A stretch of 64,000 nt of DNA from Candidatus Hydrogenedentota bacterium (GTDB lineage: Bacteria > Hydrogenedentota > Hydrogenedentia > Hydrogenedentales > SLHB01): contig CAXXYE010000001.1 in assembly GCA_963674865.2 (NCBI GenBank), positions 391,089 through 455,088 on the forward strand. The letters run 5' to 3'. Every line of letters starts with the position of its first letter. Position 1 is the stretch's first letter. This document shows, piece by piece, positions 49,456 through 58,586 of the stretch. The notes below the pieces were generated by a model, which ran no database searches, had not been told where the DNA came from, and saw only the letters and a program-made list of their open reading frames with translations. The translations under genes were made by a program, and so were the position numbers.

Positions 49456-50400
49456 TTAGCGCATATTCTCCAGGGCGACTGATGCGTTCCGCTTTATCCC
49501 TTTGCACTTCGCGCGCATAATCGGCGTGCCGCTGAACCGTTTTCCGAAGTCATCTTCCGACATGGCCGCGAGTTCGCTCAAGTCCGGGTTGGCCTGTCCC
49601 TCCCGTGGTAGAAAGTCCGCTTCTGAAGTGAGCCGTGGAACTCGGTTCCAGGGACACACTTCCTGGCAAGCATCGCACCCGAAAACCCAGTCGCCGAATG
49701 CCGGACTGAGATCGGCGGGGGCCGCCGTCCGGTTCTCTATCGTGTGGTACGAGATGCAGCGCCTAGCGTCCACCTCGCGAGGGGCTACGATGGCCCCGGT
49801 TGGGCAGGCGTCTATGCAGCGGGTACAGTCGCCGCATCGATCCGGCGTGGGGGAATCGGAGATGAGATCCAGCGTCGTTACCACCACGCCAAGGAGCAGC
49901 CACGACCCCGTGTCTTGCCGCATGATCAAGCCGTTCTTGCCGATCCACCCGATACCTGCCTGCGCCGCCCAAGTCCGTTCGAGCACGGGGCCTGTGTCGA
50001 CGCAGCAGTAGGTTTCCGCGCCGGGATCGATGGTGCGAATGTGGCTCGCGAGCGCCTTAAGCCGTTTGCCCAACACACGGTGGTAGTCCCGGCCCCAAGC
50101 ATAGCGCGCGACCCGCCCCGTACCTTCCGGCGCTTCGGGGCGCGGGGCATAATAGTTGGCCGCCACCACGACTACGGCGCGTGCTCCGGGCAGGCACTTG
50201 CTCACGTCCTGGCGGACGGTCCTCGTCGTTGCCATCCACCGCATGTCGGCGTGGTAGCCTGCCGCAAGCCACGCGCCCAAGCGATCCTCCGGATCCGGCG
50301 GATCCGCCGCGGCGATGCCGCAGGCGTCGAATCCCAGACGGGCAGCTTCCGCTTTTACATCCGCCGTGCGCGCCTTAGTCTCGTGTGTGCCGGTGCTCAC
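49456..50400 (-). CDS. queG: Epoxyqueuosine reductase
   Basis: 'GRDYH', 'VDTGPVLER', 'GWIGKN', CxxCxxCxxxCP, 'FGCDACQEVCPWN'. Confidence 0.95.
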   Translation of the reverse strand: MSTGTHETKARTADVKAEAARLGFDACGIAAADPPDPEDRLGAWLAAGYHADMRWMATTRTVRQDVSKCLPGARAVVVVAANYYAPRPEAPEGTGRVARYAWGRDYHRVLGKRLKALASHIRTIDPGAETYCCVDTGPVLERTWAAQAGIGWIGKNGLIMRQDTGSWLLLGVVVTTLDLISDSPTPDRCGDCTRCIDACPTGAIVAPREVDARRCISYHTIENRTAAPADLSPAFGDWVFGCDACQEVCPWNRVPRLTSEADFLPREGQANPDLSELAAMSEDDFGKRFSGTPIMRAKCKGIKRNASVALENMR

Positions 50401-50434
50401 CCGAGCACCGGGCTGTGGCTTGTGGCCGGCGGCT

Positions 50435-51163
50435 TCATGTCAGATTCACGCGCGCGCCGTAGTCTTGGATCATACGCGCATTCCACGCGTCTCCATCGGG
50501 GAGATTCGCCGTCTTGAAGATGGGGGGCTCGCGCCCCGCCTCGGCGAAGCGGCAGGCCACTCCGTAGACGATCTGCTCCATGATGGCAATGCCCACCAGG
50601 CTCGATGTCGCTGCTGTCTGCAACTCGGTGGCCGGAACGTCGAGCGCGGCATCGCCCGCACATCCGCAGTTGTCGATGACGACGTCGCATAACTCATAGA
50701 GCTTCTTGTCCAGCCCGGCCCCGTACCGTGCGGCTTGCGACTGGGCGAGCGATGTGATAGCCACCGTGCGCAGCCCCTTATCCTTCGCGCACATCGCCAT
50801 CTCGACGGGCACGGCGTTCTTGCCGCTGTTCGACACGATAGTCAACACCTCGCCCGGCTGGACGTCCTGCTTGTCGAGCACGATCTTTGCCAATCCGGGA
50901 AGGCGTTCGAGGCGTGTGCTGGTGGCCGGGCCTTCATGCTGCATCAACGCGGGGAACAGGATCGCGTTCACCGGGACGAGCCCCCCGGCGCGGTAATAGA
51001 CCTCCTCGCCGACGAAATGCGAGTGGCCAGTCCCAAACACGTGCCATACGCCGCCCTTTATGAGACTATCCGCAATCAGAGCCGTCGCCTGCTCGATGGC
51101 CGCGGCCTGACTTTCCTCCACTTTCTTGAGAATCTCACGCGCAATCTCGAAATAAGCAAGCAT
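50435..51163 (-). CDS. SIS domain (sugar isomerase) protein, UPF0309-like
   Basis: 'FGTGHSH', 'RAGGL', 'SNSGKNAVP', 'VIDNC..GDA'. Confidence 0.88.
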   Translation of the reverse strand: MLAYFEIAREILKKVEESQAAAIEQATALIADSLIKGGVWHVFGTGHSHFVGEEVYYRAGGLVPVNAILFPALMQHEGPATSTRLERLPGLAKIVLDKQDVQPGEVLTIVSNSGKNAVPVEMAMCAKDKGLRTVAITSLAQSQAARYGAGLDKKLYELCDVVIDNCGCAGDAALDVPATELQTAATSSLVGIAIMEQIVYGVACRFAEAGREPPIFKTANLPDGDAWNARMIQDYGARVNLT

Positions 51164-51262
51164 TGAGAGGTCTCCCGTCAGATCCTACGCTGTCATGCGC
51201 CGCCGCGCGGCCACGTGAGTATAGCACCCATGGCCCGCGGGATCGCTCCCTACGGCGGGGCA

Positions 51263-52844
51263 TGTCAAGACTCTTTAGAAATGTCACATGTTGGGACTCA
51301 TTAGAAATGTCCTATGCTCGATGGTTGCAGAAGCGAGTTATCCAAGGTCTGTGGTCAGGTGCGTAGCAGCTGTCCCCAGACCGTCATATCCACATCCAGC
51401 GCGAAGCGCGCGGGCGCATAGCGCTCGTCGAGGATGTGGATATGTGGGTAACTCGCGTGCTCACCTTTCTTTTGCGTTCATGAGAGGTAGGCGTTGGACG
51501 TTGGGCCGCCAGCGCTTGTAGGGCGCGGGGGGAGCGTTCTTCTTCTTGGGCTTGGCGGGGGGCTGGACCTGTTGGACTCGTTGCTGCCCTTCTCGTTTGT
51601 ATTGCTTGACCGTGAGCCTGCGGTAGTCAAGGTCCTGGTCTTTGTAGAGCAGCCTGATGCCGCCGTGCAGATGGGTGCGGACCAGAATCCTGTCTTTGGG
51701 CCGGGGCAGAGGACTGTTGTTCTTGAGGATTTGGTAGTAATGATTCCCGAAACGGACGGTCCAGTCGTTTTGGACGACGCGCAGTTCCTCGAAGCAAAAA
51801 ATGTCATGCAGCTCAAGGCCTTTGGGTGGAGGACGGTGATAGTCCAGTTCCTCACGGGGCGCAATGGCGAACTTGGCGTTCAGAGCGTCACAAAAGCTTT
51901 CGTAGAGCAGCTTGTCGGCGGTGGCGATGGTGGTGATGCGCCGCAAGGCGAGTTCCTTGACGAACCGGTTCTGGTATGTGCCGTTGGAGCGCTCGACGCG
52001 GCCTTTGGCTTGAGGCGAAGTCGCGGGGATGATGACGATTCCCAGCTTATAGCAGGCCTCTCCGAATTGAGTCAGCGGCTCGCGCCCCGCCAGTTGCTCT
52101 TCGAGCGTGGGCTCCCGGCCGGTGATGTAGACGTTCTTTCGGTCCGTATACAGCGCCCGAGGAATACCGTATTTCTCGATCCACCGCCACAGAAGCTGCA
52201 TGGCGGCCTGCTTCGTTTCTTGCTCGGCCATGAGCGCCAAGGTTTCTCCTGTGGCGTCATCTATCATGTTCATCAGACAAGTTTGGCCTTGGTCCGGCCC
52301 GAACCAGTGGTGGTGACTCCCATCCATCTGCACCAGCTCTCCGAAATGGGCTCGCCGCTCCCTGCGGGAGCGATGCCGGCGCCCGGTGTCTCCCTTCGCC
52401 CAGAGCCCCTGCTCAAGCAGCCAGCGCCGTAACGTCTCGTGGTCGATGCACAGGCCTTCCTCCGCCAGCTTCTCCGCGGCCAGGGTCGGCCCCAAATCGT
52501 GTTCTCTATAGCGTTCCTGATAGCGCCGAAGGACTTTGTCCCGGAACGCGGCAGGCTTGGCTCGATTAGACGCCCGGCCCCGGTTGCGATGCACCAACCC
52601 CTCATCTCCCTCTGACACGAAGCGTGCGTGTATCCGCAGCGCCTGCCGGTAGCTCACTTCCATGCGCCGCGCCGCTTCCGCCAGGGTCATATGCTTTCCC
52701 ACAACAAGCTCCAACAACGACTTACGCATCAATTCCTTGCGACTCATCTTCAAATGCCCTTCCACGGCAGCCCTCCAAGTGAAAGGCTCCAATTGTGACA
52801 TTTCTAATGAGTCGAGGGGGTGACACTATCAAAGAGTCGCGACA
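51263..52844 (-). mobile_element. IS1202-family (ISNCY/IS481-related) insertion sequence, 1582 bp
   Basis: TGT...ACA ends, 19/25 terminal IR, second perfect 17-bp IR (51295-51311 / 52797-52813), 16-bp direct repeat TCCCTACGGCGGGGCA at 51247-51262 and 52845-52860. Confidence 0.92.
51461..52765 (-). CDS. DDE transposase (rve-type, IS1202/ISNCY)
   Basis: N-terminal HTH; DDE residues in 'QMDGSHH', 'YTDRKN', 'QAKGRVERSN'; GGAGG RBS before GTG 52765. Confidence 0.93.
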   Translation of the reverse strand: MEGHLKMSRKELMRKSLLELVVGKHMTLAEAARRMEVSYRQALRIHARFVSEGDEGLVHRNRGRASNRAKPAAFRDKVLRRYQERYREHDLGPTLAAEKLAEEGLCIDHETLRRWLLEQGLWAKGDTGRRHRSRRERRAHFGELVQMDGSHHHWFGPDQGQTCLMNMIDDATGETLALMAEQETKQAAMQLLWRWIEKYGIPRALYTDRKNVYITGREPTLEEQLAGREPLTQFGEACYKLGIVIIPATSPQAKGRVERSNGTYQNRFVKELALRRITTIATADKLLYESFCDALNAKFAIAPREELDYHRPPPKGLELHDIFCFEELRVVQNDWTVRFGNHYYQILKNNSPLPRPKDRILVRTHLHGGIRLLYKDQDLDYRRLTVKQYKREGQQRVQQVQPPAKPKKKNAPPAPYKRWRPNVQRLPLMNAKER

Positions 52845-53057
52845 TCCCTACGGCGGGGCATAGCAGCAGTTCCGCTTCATGCGCCCGACTCTATACCTCT
52901 TACCAAAGTGACGCGTTCGCTGTAATTCCTCGGATATGACACGTGCGCGTGGTGTCGTGCGTCCATCTGCCCAACGTACTAAGGCGGGCTTTTGAGTACG
53001 CTTCGGGATTGTTGTACATTGATGCTATCGGGGTGCTTTAGACAGAGGAGACTCGCC

Positions 53058-56030
53058 GTGAGAACCTTGCCATCTGTGCTATTCCTGCTTTTCACTTGTG
53101 CGACCCTCTGCCTCATCTGCGCGGGGGCGTCAGCCGCCGCAGGCAATTCAATTCGCGAAGTGTCTGTGGTGGTTGGCCCGGATGAATCGACGCCGCTGCA
53201 GCTTGCGGCGTCGGACTTGGTTCGGTACCTCGCCCTCATGACGGGGCGGGACGTGCGTCTCTATACCGCGGTACCTGAACTTCGAGGGGACGTGCGTGTG
53301 TTTGTCCTCGCGACGCCGCTTTCACGAGATGCTCTTCCTGCGGCTCTCAGCGAGTATCTTGCGGCGGAGCGGCTCGGCGCTCTCGGCCCGGACGGCTGCC
53401 TGGCGGTGCGTGAAGGCTCGTACCTACTCTTGGCGGGAAACACCGGCCCAGGCGCCGCCAACGCCGTTTGGACGTATCTCGAAGAGTATTGCCACGTTGG
53501 ATTCTCTTGGAGCGGCGATCATGTCCCTCACCTTGACGTCTTGCCCTTTGATGACGTCGCCTTCAGCCACAGACCTCAGTTCGAGGAGCGGTACATGAAC
53601 CTGCCCGGCGGCTATACGCTCGCCGAGTACATGGACTGGTCCGAATGGAAGCGTGAGATCGATTGGCGTGTCCACAAGCACCACAACATGACGTTCGGCC
53701 CGGCATGCGATCTAATCTGGCCACAAGTCTTCGCCGAACTGGACGGGCGTCCATGGGAACTGAACGAGTCCGAGCAATGGCGGGAGGATCTGCACAAGAA
53801 GATCGCCGAGTACGCGCGGGATCGCGGCCTGCGACTCGTCATGCCTGGACTCCTTGGCGAGGTCCCGGCCGAGTTCGTGGCGGCTCATCCCGAGGTCCGC
53901 TACGTCGGCGGGACGCGATGGGGCGAAGTGCCTATGGCCAAGCATGTCTATCCCTCCGATCCGATGTTCCACGAGTTATCCCTTCGCCTGGTTCGTGCCT
54001 ACACGGCCCGCTACGGCCCCACGGACTTCTATTTCGTGCCGCCCTATCCTGAGGCCATACCGGAGGCGGAAGGCCATGTTTTCGGCCAGGAGTTGGCCGA
54101 GAAGCCGGAGAAGAAGCACAGTATCAAGCGCGATCTGGCCGAAGCCGTCCATCGTGTTATCTGTGAGGCCGGCCCCGAAATGATCTGGCTCACGGATGCG
54201 TGGGCATTCCTGAGCTCGGAGTACTGGACGCAAGACGAGGTCCGCGATTTCTGCGAGGCCGTCGTCGATAATGATCGCTTCCGCATCTACGACACATGGG
54301 GCGAGGAGCGCCCCATGTGGGCCATCCACAACGCGTTCTGGGGACGCAAGTGGACACTGGGGATCCTCCACACCTTTGGCGGGAACTCGACGCTTCACGG
54401 CGACCTCCACGCGCTTGTCCGGGATATTCAGCGCGTCGCGACGGATCCGGCGGCGGGTGATTGCGTGGGCGTGTACCTCGTGCCGGAATCGGAACATCAT
54501 AATGACCTCTATTTCGATCTGGCCATGCGCCTTGCGTGGGATCCCGCGAGCATCACGTGCGATGGCTCGCGCGCCGAGTTGGGCCCATTCCTCCAAGACT
54601 ATGCCCTTCGGCGTTATGGGGCCGACTCCGCGGCGCGCATGGCGGGCGTCTGGGAGGTGCTCGCCCGGACGGTGTATGCGTCCAAGGACAACTCACAGCC
54701 GCTGTACCTTCAGCAGCTTTTCACCATCTGTGACTTCCCAAACGCTTCCGTCTACATCCCGCCGGAGCAGGTAGCTAGAAGCGGCGAGCTTCGCGCGGCC
54801 GTGGCCACGGTCCTCAAGGAGGCCAAGCGCCAGGCGGATAATCCGCTCTACGAGCGCGATCTCGTCGACTTGGCCCGCCGGTACCTGGGCGATCTCTTCA
54901 ACGGCCTTGTCCCCGAGATCTTGCACGCGTGGCGTGCGGGCGACGAGAGGCGCTTCGACCGGGCCGCACGCGGCATGCAGCGGCTCATGGATTGCATTGA
55001 AGGCGTGCTGTGGGCCTCGCCGCAGTACCGATTGGACACTCACTTCACGAAGGCGCAGGGCCGCCCCGGGGGCGCCGAACTGCCCGTGCAGACACGTAAC
55101 ATACTCTCCATCTGGGAAGGCCGGGATGATTTGTTGGACTATGTCCGCCGCGACGACTTCGCGGAGCTTGTGACCGGCTACTACCGCCCTCGCGTCGAGA
55201 CGTGGCTCAACTGGCTGGACGGCGTCGCGCCCGAGGAGTGGGGGAAGATACATGATGATCGAATCAAGCAGCTCTGCCGGCATGCCGGCGAGGAGTTCGT
55301 CAAGCACAGTGCGAAGCGGCCGGAATACGCCGAATTTGATCATGTTGCCGTGGCGATCGAGAAAGCTTTGGCGGTGGGACGCAAGCTCGAGCGGTATGGG
55401 CCCAAGGCCAACCGGCAACTCCGAAATCTCGACTTCCGCGCGGGCTGGGATGGCTGGGATCTTTCAGCGCGCAGTATGTATCTCTCCTTCAGGCCGGGGG
55501 AGGAACGCGGCCTTCGCGATGAACTCCACTTCGAGTCATGGCCGGGCGTGGGCGGCGGCAACATGTACCTGTCCCAAACCGTTCGGGCGCGCGATGCGGA
55601 AATCTCTCTGGACTTCAAGGTGGATACGTGGGGCGAGAGCGGCTTTGCCGGACTGCGCGTCGAAGCTTACGATGCGGCCTTCAAACGTGTTGCCGAGTGC
55701 ACCTATCAGGCCGGCGACGCGTGGAATTACTGGCCAGATCGCTACCGGCCGGATAACGTGACACCTGAATGGAGCGTGGGCGCCACCCCGTTCTTCTGGT
55801 GGTGGGTCGGCCACTACGCTATCAAGGAGCGCCTCGACGCCCGGCCCGGCGAATGGGTGCACGTGGATGCCCGTCCGGCGCGTGACATGGATCGCATCCA
55901 CGGTACGGGCACATGGGAAAGCCTCAATGTCGCCGCGCTGCGTATCGCCCTCGTGGCGAGCAGGCGTCGGGAGGAAGATCCCATCGCCGGCGCGTTCACC
56001 GACTTGGACGTCAAGCTCATCCGCAAGTAG
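53058..56030 (+). CDS. Secreted alpha-N-acetylglucosaminidase (GH89)-like protein with C-terminal extra domain
   Basis: Signal peptide; 'MDWSEWKREIDW', 'LHTFGGN', 'YERDLVDLARRYL', 'YYRPR'; GAGGAG RBS. Confidence 0.8.
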   Translation: MRTLPSVLFLLFTCATLCLICAGASAAAGNSIREVSVVVGPDESTPLQLAASDLVRYLALMTGRDVRLYTAVPELRGDVRVFVLATPLSRDALPAALSEYLAAERLGALGPDGCLAVREGSYLLLAGNTGPGAANAVWTYLEEYCHVGFSWSGDHVPHLDVLPFDDVAFSHRPQFEERYMNLPGGYTLAEYMDWSEWKREIDWRVHKHHNMTFGPACDLIWPQVFAELDGRPWELNESEQWREDLHKKIAEYARDRGLRLVMPGLLGEVPAEFVAAHPEVRYVGGTRWGEVPMAKHVYPSDPMFHELSLRLVRAYTARYGPTDFYFVPPYPEAIPEAEGHVFGQELAEKPEKKHSIKRDLAEAVHRVICEAGPEMIWLTDAWAFLSSEYWTQDEVRDFCEAVVDNDRFRIYDTWGEERPMWAIHNAFWGRKWTLGILHTFGGNSTLHGDLHALVRDIQRVATDPAAGDCVGVYLVPESEHHNDLYFDLAMRLAWDPASITCDGSRAELGPFLQDYALRRYGADSAARMAGVWEVLARTVYASKDNSQPLYLQQLFTICDFPNASVYIPPEQVARSGELRAAVATVLKEAKRQADNPLYERDLVDLARRYLGDLFNGLVPEILHAWRAGDERRFDRAARGMQRLMDCIEGVLWASPQYRLDTHFTKAQGRPGGAELPVQTRNILSIWEGRDDLLDYVRRDDFAELVTGYYRPRVETWLNWLDGVAPEEWGKIHDDRIKQLCRHAGEEFVKHSAKRPEYAEFDHVAVAIEKALAVGRKLERYGPKANRQLRNLDFRAGWDGWDLSARSMYLSFRPGEERGLRDELHFESWPGVGGGNMYLSQTVRARDAEISLDFKVDTWGESGFAGLRVEAYDAAFKRVAECTYQAGDAWNYWPDRYRPDNVTPEWSVGATPFFWWWVGHYAIKERLDARPGEWVHVDARPARDMDRIHGTGTWESLNVAALRIALVASRRREEDPIAGAFTDLDVKLIRK

Positions 56031-56081
56031 TCCGGCCCGCGCTTCGGAGATGGACGCCTCAGTTGCGCGCCCTACTGAGGC

Positions 56082-58052
56082 TTAGGCCAGCGCCTTGCCC
56101 TCGAAGTCGTCCGGGACGGGCACGCCCAGGTAGTTGAGCGCGGTGACGCCCAAGTCCATGATCGCCGGCTCTACGGCGAGTGCGGTGTTCGAGAAGAGCA
56201 TGCCGGGCGCGATGGACACGTCCGTTGCGACGTGGTCGCCGCTCCACTTGTCCACATTGGACTCGAACAAGTCGTGCGGGGCGGCGCCCTTCGCGGCGCT
56301 CTTCGTGGATTGATATCCCGCCACATAGCCGAGTTCGAGGTCCGGCGCGTTCGCCACGGCCGCGCCGTGATAAACGTCAACCGTGTGCACGTCTTTGAAG
56401 ATCTTCGCGCCGGTCTCCGGGTCGGTGACTTGGAGGAGTTTCTCCCTTATCTCCGCTCGCAGCGCGGGCGCGTCCTCCGGTGCGACGGTTCCCTGCGACT
56501 CCCTGTCTTTGAGGTTCAAGTAGACGGAGCCTAGGCCTAGTCCGTAGGCTTTGGTGTGCGCCCAATCATAGCCCAGCAAGAACCCTTGGTCGTTATAGCT
56601 GGTTTTCGGGTCGCTCTGGCCTTTGACGGCGAGGTAGCCTTCGCGGATCAGCCAGGTGTTGACATTGAAGCCCTTGCGAAAACTGTGGAATCCGTGATCC
56701 GAGAGGACGATAAGAAGGTCATTCTCCTGGAGCTTGCTCATCACCTTGCCGACGATTTCGTCCGCCTTCTCGTAGGTGGACTCGAGCGCTTGGCCGTACT
56801 TCTCCGCGCCCTCAGCGGTATAGAGCGGGTGCTGCGGATCCCGAAAGCGCCAGAACATGTGCGCAGCCCGGTCGGTGGCCGTCCAGACGGAGATCAGCAT
56901 GTCCCAATCATCGCGACTCATCTCGTCGAGGGTGAGTGTTTCGCGCCACGCCATGGTGCGCCGGATATCTTCGAGGAACATGTCCTCCGTGATGGCGTCT
57001 TGACGCAGGGCGTGCGTGTCATAAGCCCATCCGATGGTTTTGTAGAGGCCGTAGCGATCGGCCAACTCGGCCGAGTATGACGGCGGAGACGTAAACACCA
57101 TGTAAGGGTCCTTCGGATGGAATTGCAGGCAGGTCATATAGATCTGCACGCGTTGGCCCACCTCGAGGATATAGAGCCGGCTGAGTGCCCGAACCTTGAA
57201 TTTCGGCGTGACCTCGAAGGTCCACTCGAACCAGTCGGACCACCGGCCCTGCTCGAGCGTGACCTCCTTGTCCTGAATCGAGATCGCAGCAGTGTGCGCC
57301 TCGCGGTCGGCCTTGACGGTGATCGGCGCTTCGGCGTAGACGCCCCTTTGTTTCGTGACGTCCGGTGGGCCAGGGATCATCGTCTTGGCGACGCCTTCCT
57401 CGAACTTGAGAGGGATGCGCATGCCGCCGGATAGGCGTTCGCTCAGTTGCTTCGACGTGAAGCTGTCGGAAAGGGAGAAGAAGGTACTGGTTGTCCCGCG
57501 CAAGTCAGGTACGCCGAGGGTGCAAAGCATCTGTCCATTCGCCAGGTCGTCAGCGGGAAATGAAAAGGGCATGGAGAGGACTTTGCACCGCGTCCCTTGC
57601 CCATCGGCGATGGCCCAGAACGTGTCTCCTCGCCGAAAGCTATCGAAGCGCGCAGGCTTGGCGAGGGAGCCATCCGGGCCCAGAACAGGTTTCACGATTG
57701 AGCCGGCCGCAATGCCTGGGAAGTATGTCTTCGGGTCTCTGCGCAGGAAATCGTAGATGCCGTGTTGGCCGGGATTCTTGCACGTGGCAAACGAGGCCCA
57801 GGCCGTGGGCGACTGGGGTGGGATGGTTGAGCGCAGGCGTTGGTAGCCGCCCTGCTTTCGGAGGGCATCCAGATTCGGGAGCCTGCCCGCGGAGAGCATC
57901 GTGTCGATAATGCCCGGTTCCACGCCGTCAAAGCCTAGGATGACAACGCGACCCTTCTTCTCTGCCTTCGCGACTTTGGTGCGGCCGCACGCCGCCGCGC
58001 CTGCCGCGGCGCTTGCCCCTAGAAAGGCTCGCCTGGAGATCTTCCGACTCAT
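56082..58052 (-). CDS. Tat-exported type I phosphodiesterase/nucleotide pyrophosphatase family protein
   Basis: SRRAFL; 'ILGFDG', 'PPQSPTAW', 'HGIYDF', 'LSDHGF', 'WSGDH'. Confidence 0.88.
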   Translation of the reverse strand: MSRKISRRAFLGASAAAGAAACGRTKVAKAEKKGRVVILGFDGVEPGIIDTMLSAGRLPNLDALRKQGGYQRLRSTIPPQSPTAWASFATCKNPGQHGIYDFLRRDPKTYFPGIAAGSIVKPVLGPDGSLAKPARFDSFRRGDTFWAIADGQGTRCKVLSMPFSFPADDLANGQMLCTLGVPDLRGTTSTFFSLSDSFTSKQLSERLSGGMRIPLKFEEGVAKTMIPGPPDVTKQRGVYAEAPITVKADREAHTAAISIQDKEVTLEQGRWSDWFEWTFEVTPKFKVRALSRLYILEVGQRVQIYMTCLQFHPKDPYMVFTSPPSYSAELADRYGLYKTIGWAYDTHALRQDAITEDMFLEDIRRTMAWRETLTLDEMSRDDWDMLISVWTATDRAAHMFWRFRDPQHPLYTAEGAEKYGQALESTYEKADEIVGKVMSKLQENDLLIVLSDHGFHSFRKGFNVNTWLIREGYLAVKGQSDPKTSYNDQGFLLGYDWAHTKAYGLGLGSVYLNLKDRESQGTVAPEDAPALRAEIREKLLQVTDPETGAKIFKDVHTVDVYHGAAVANAPDLELGYVAGYQSTKSAAKGAAPHDLFESNVDKWSGDHVATDVSIAPGMLFSNTALAVEPAIMDLGVTALNYLGVPVPDDFEGKALA

Positions 58053-58165
58053 ACTGCCACCTCCCTGCCGAAGCAACCGACCTCCCGGGGCGCCTGCCCC
58101 GCGCCGGCCGCTGTCTGCTCTTGGCAATGTGACGGGATGTTGTCTCGTGCTCTTGGATTACGGTT

Positions 58166-58194
58166 AGTATAGTATGCGCAGCACCCCATGGCAA
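58166..58194 (-). promoter_or_regulatory. sigma70-type promoter for the phosphodiesterase gene
   Basis: Minus strand: TTGCCA-17 nt-TATACT. Confidence 0.6.
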
Positions 58195-58279
58195 CTGCCC
58201 GGCACGTCCCGCTCGAAGTCATTCACCGTGACTAAACACTGCAGCGCGGGCATTTGTGCCCGAGGGGGCCCCGGGCGGG

Positions 58280-58537
58280 TCAATCGCCGCATGGGCGGGA
58301 ATCGCACGGGGCATCCCGGCCGCAGCAGGGGCGGTTCCGACCGCATTTTGTCGAAGCGTTCTTATAGTCGGTGCTATAGAAGCCGGAGCCTTTGAAGATG
58401 ACGCCTGCACCGCTGCCAATTAGGCGATGCAGTTTCCCGCCGCACTCCGGACAGGCTGCCAGCGGCTCTTCGCTCATTCCCTGGAAATGCGCGAAACTGT
58501 GGCCGCATGCCTTACATTCGTATTCGTACGTTGGCAT
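58280..58537 (-). CDS. FmdB-family zinc-ribbon protein
   Basis: 'MPTYEYECKACGH...CPECGG...FKGSGFYSTDY', Cys-rich tail. Confidence 0.9.
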   Translation of the reverse strand: MPTYEYECKACGHSFAHFQGMSEEPLAACPECGGKLHRLIGSGAGVIFKGSGFYSTDYKNASTKCGRNRPCCGRDAPCDSRPCGD

Positions 58538-58586
58538 GTCTTCTCCCGTTCTCTTTGGTTTCCGCGCGTGTCCTCAGTATCGAGAC

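Noticed and set aside
51230..51262. dif/Xer-site targeting by the IS1202-family element
   Set aside because: No XerC/XerD-like arms are visible, and the DR is 16 bp rather than the ~5 bp of the dif-targeting subgroup.
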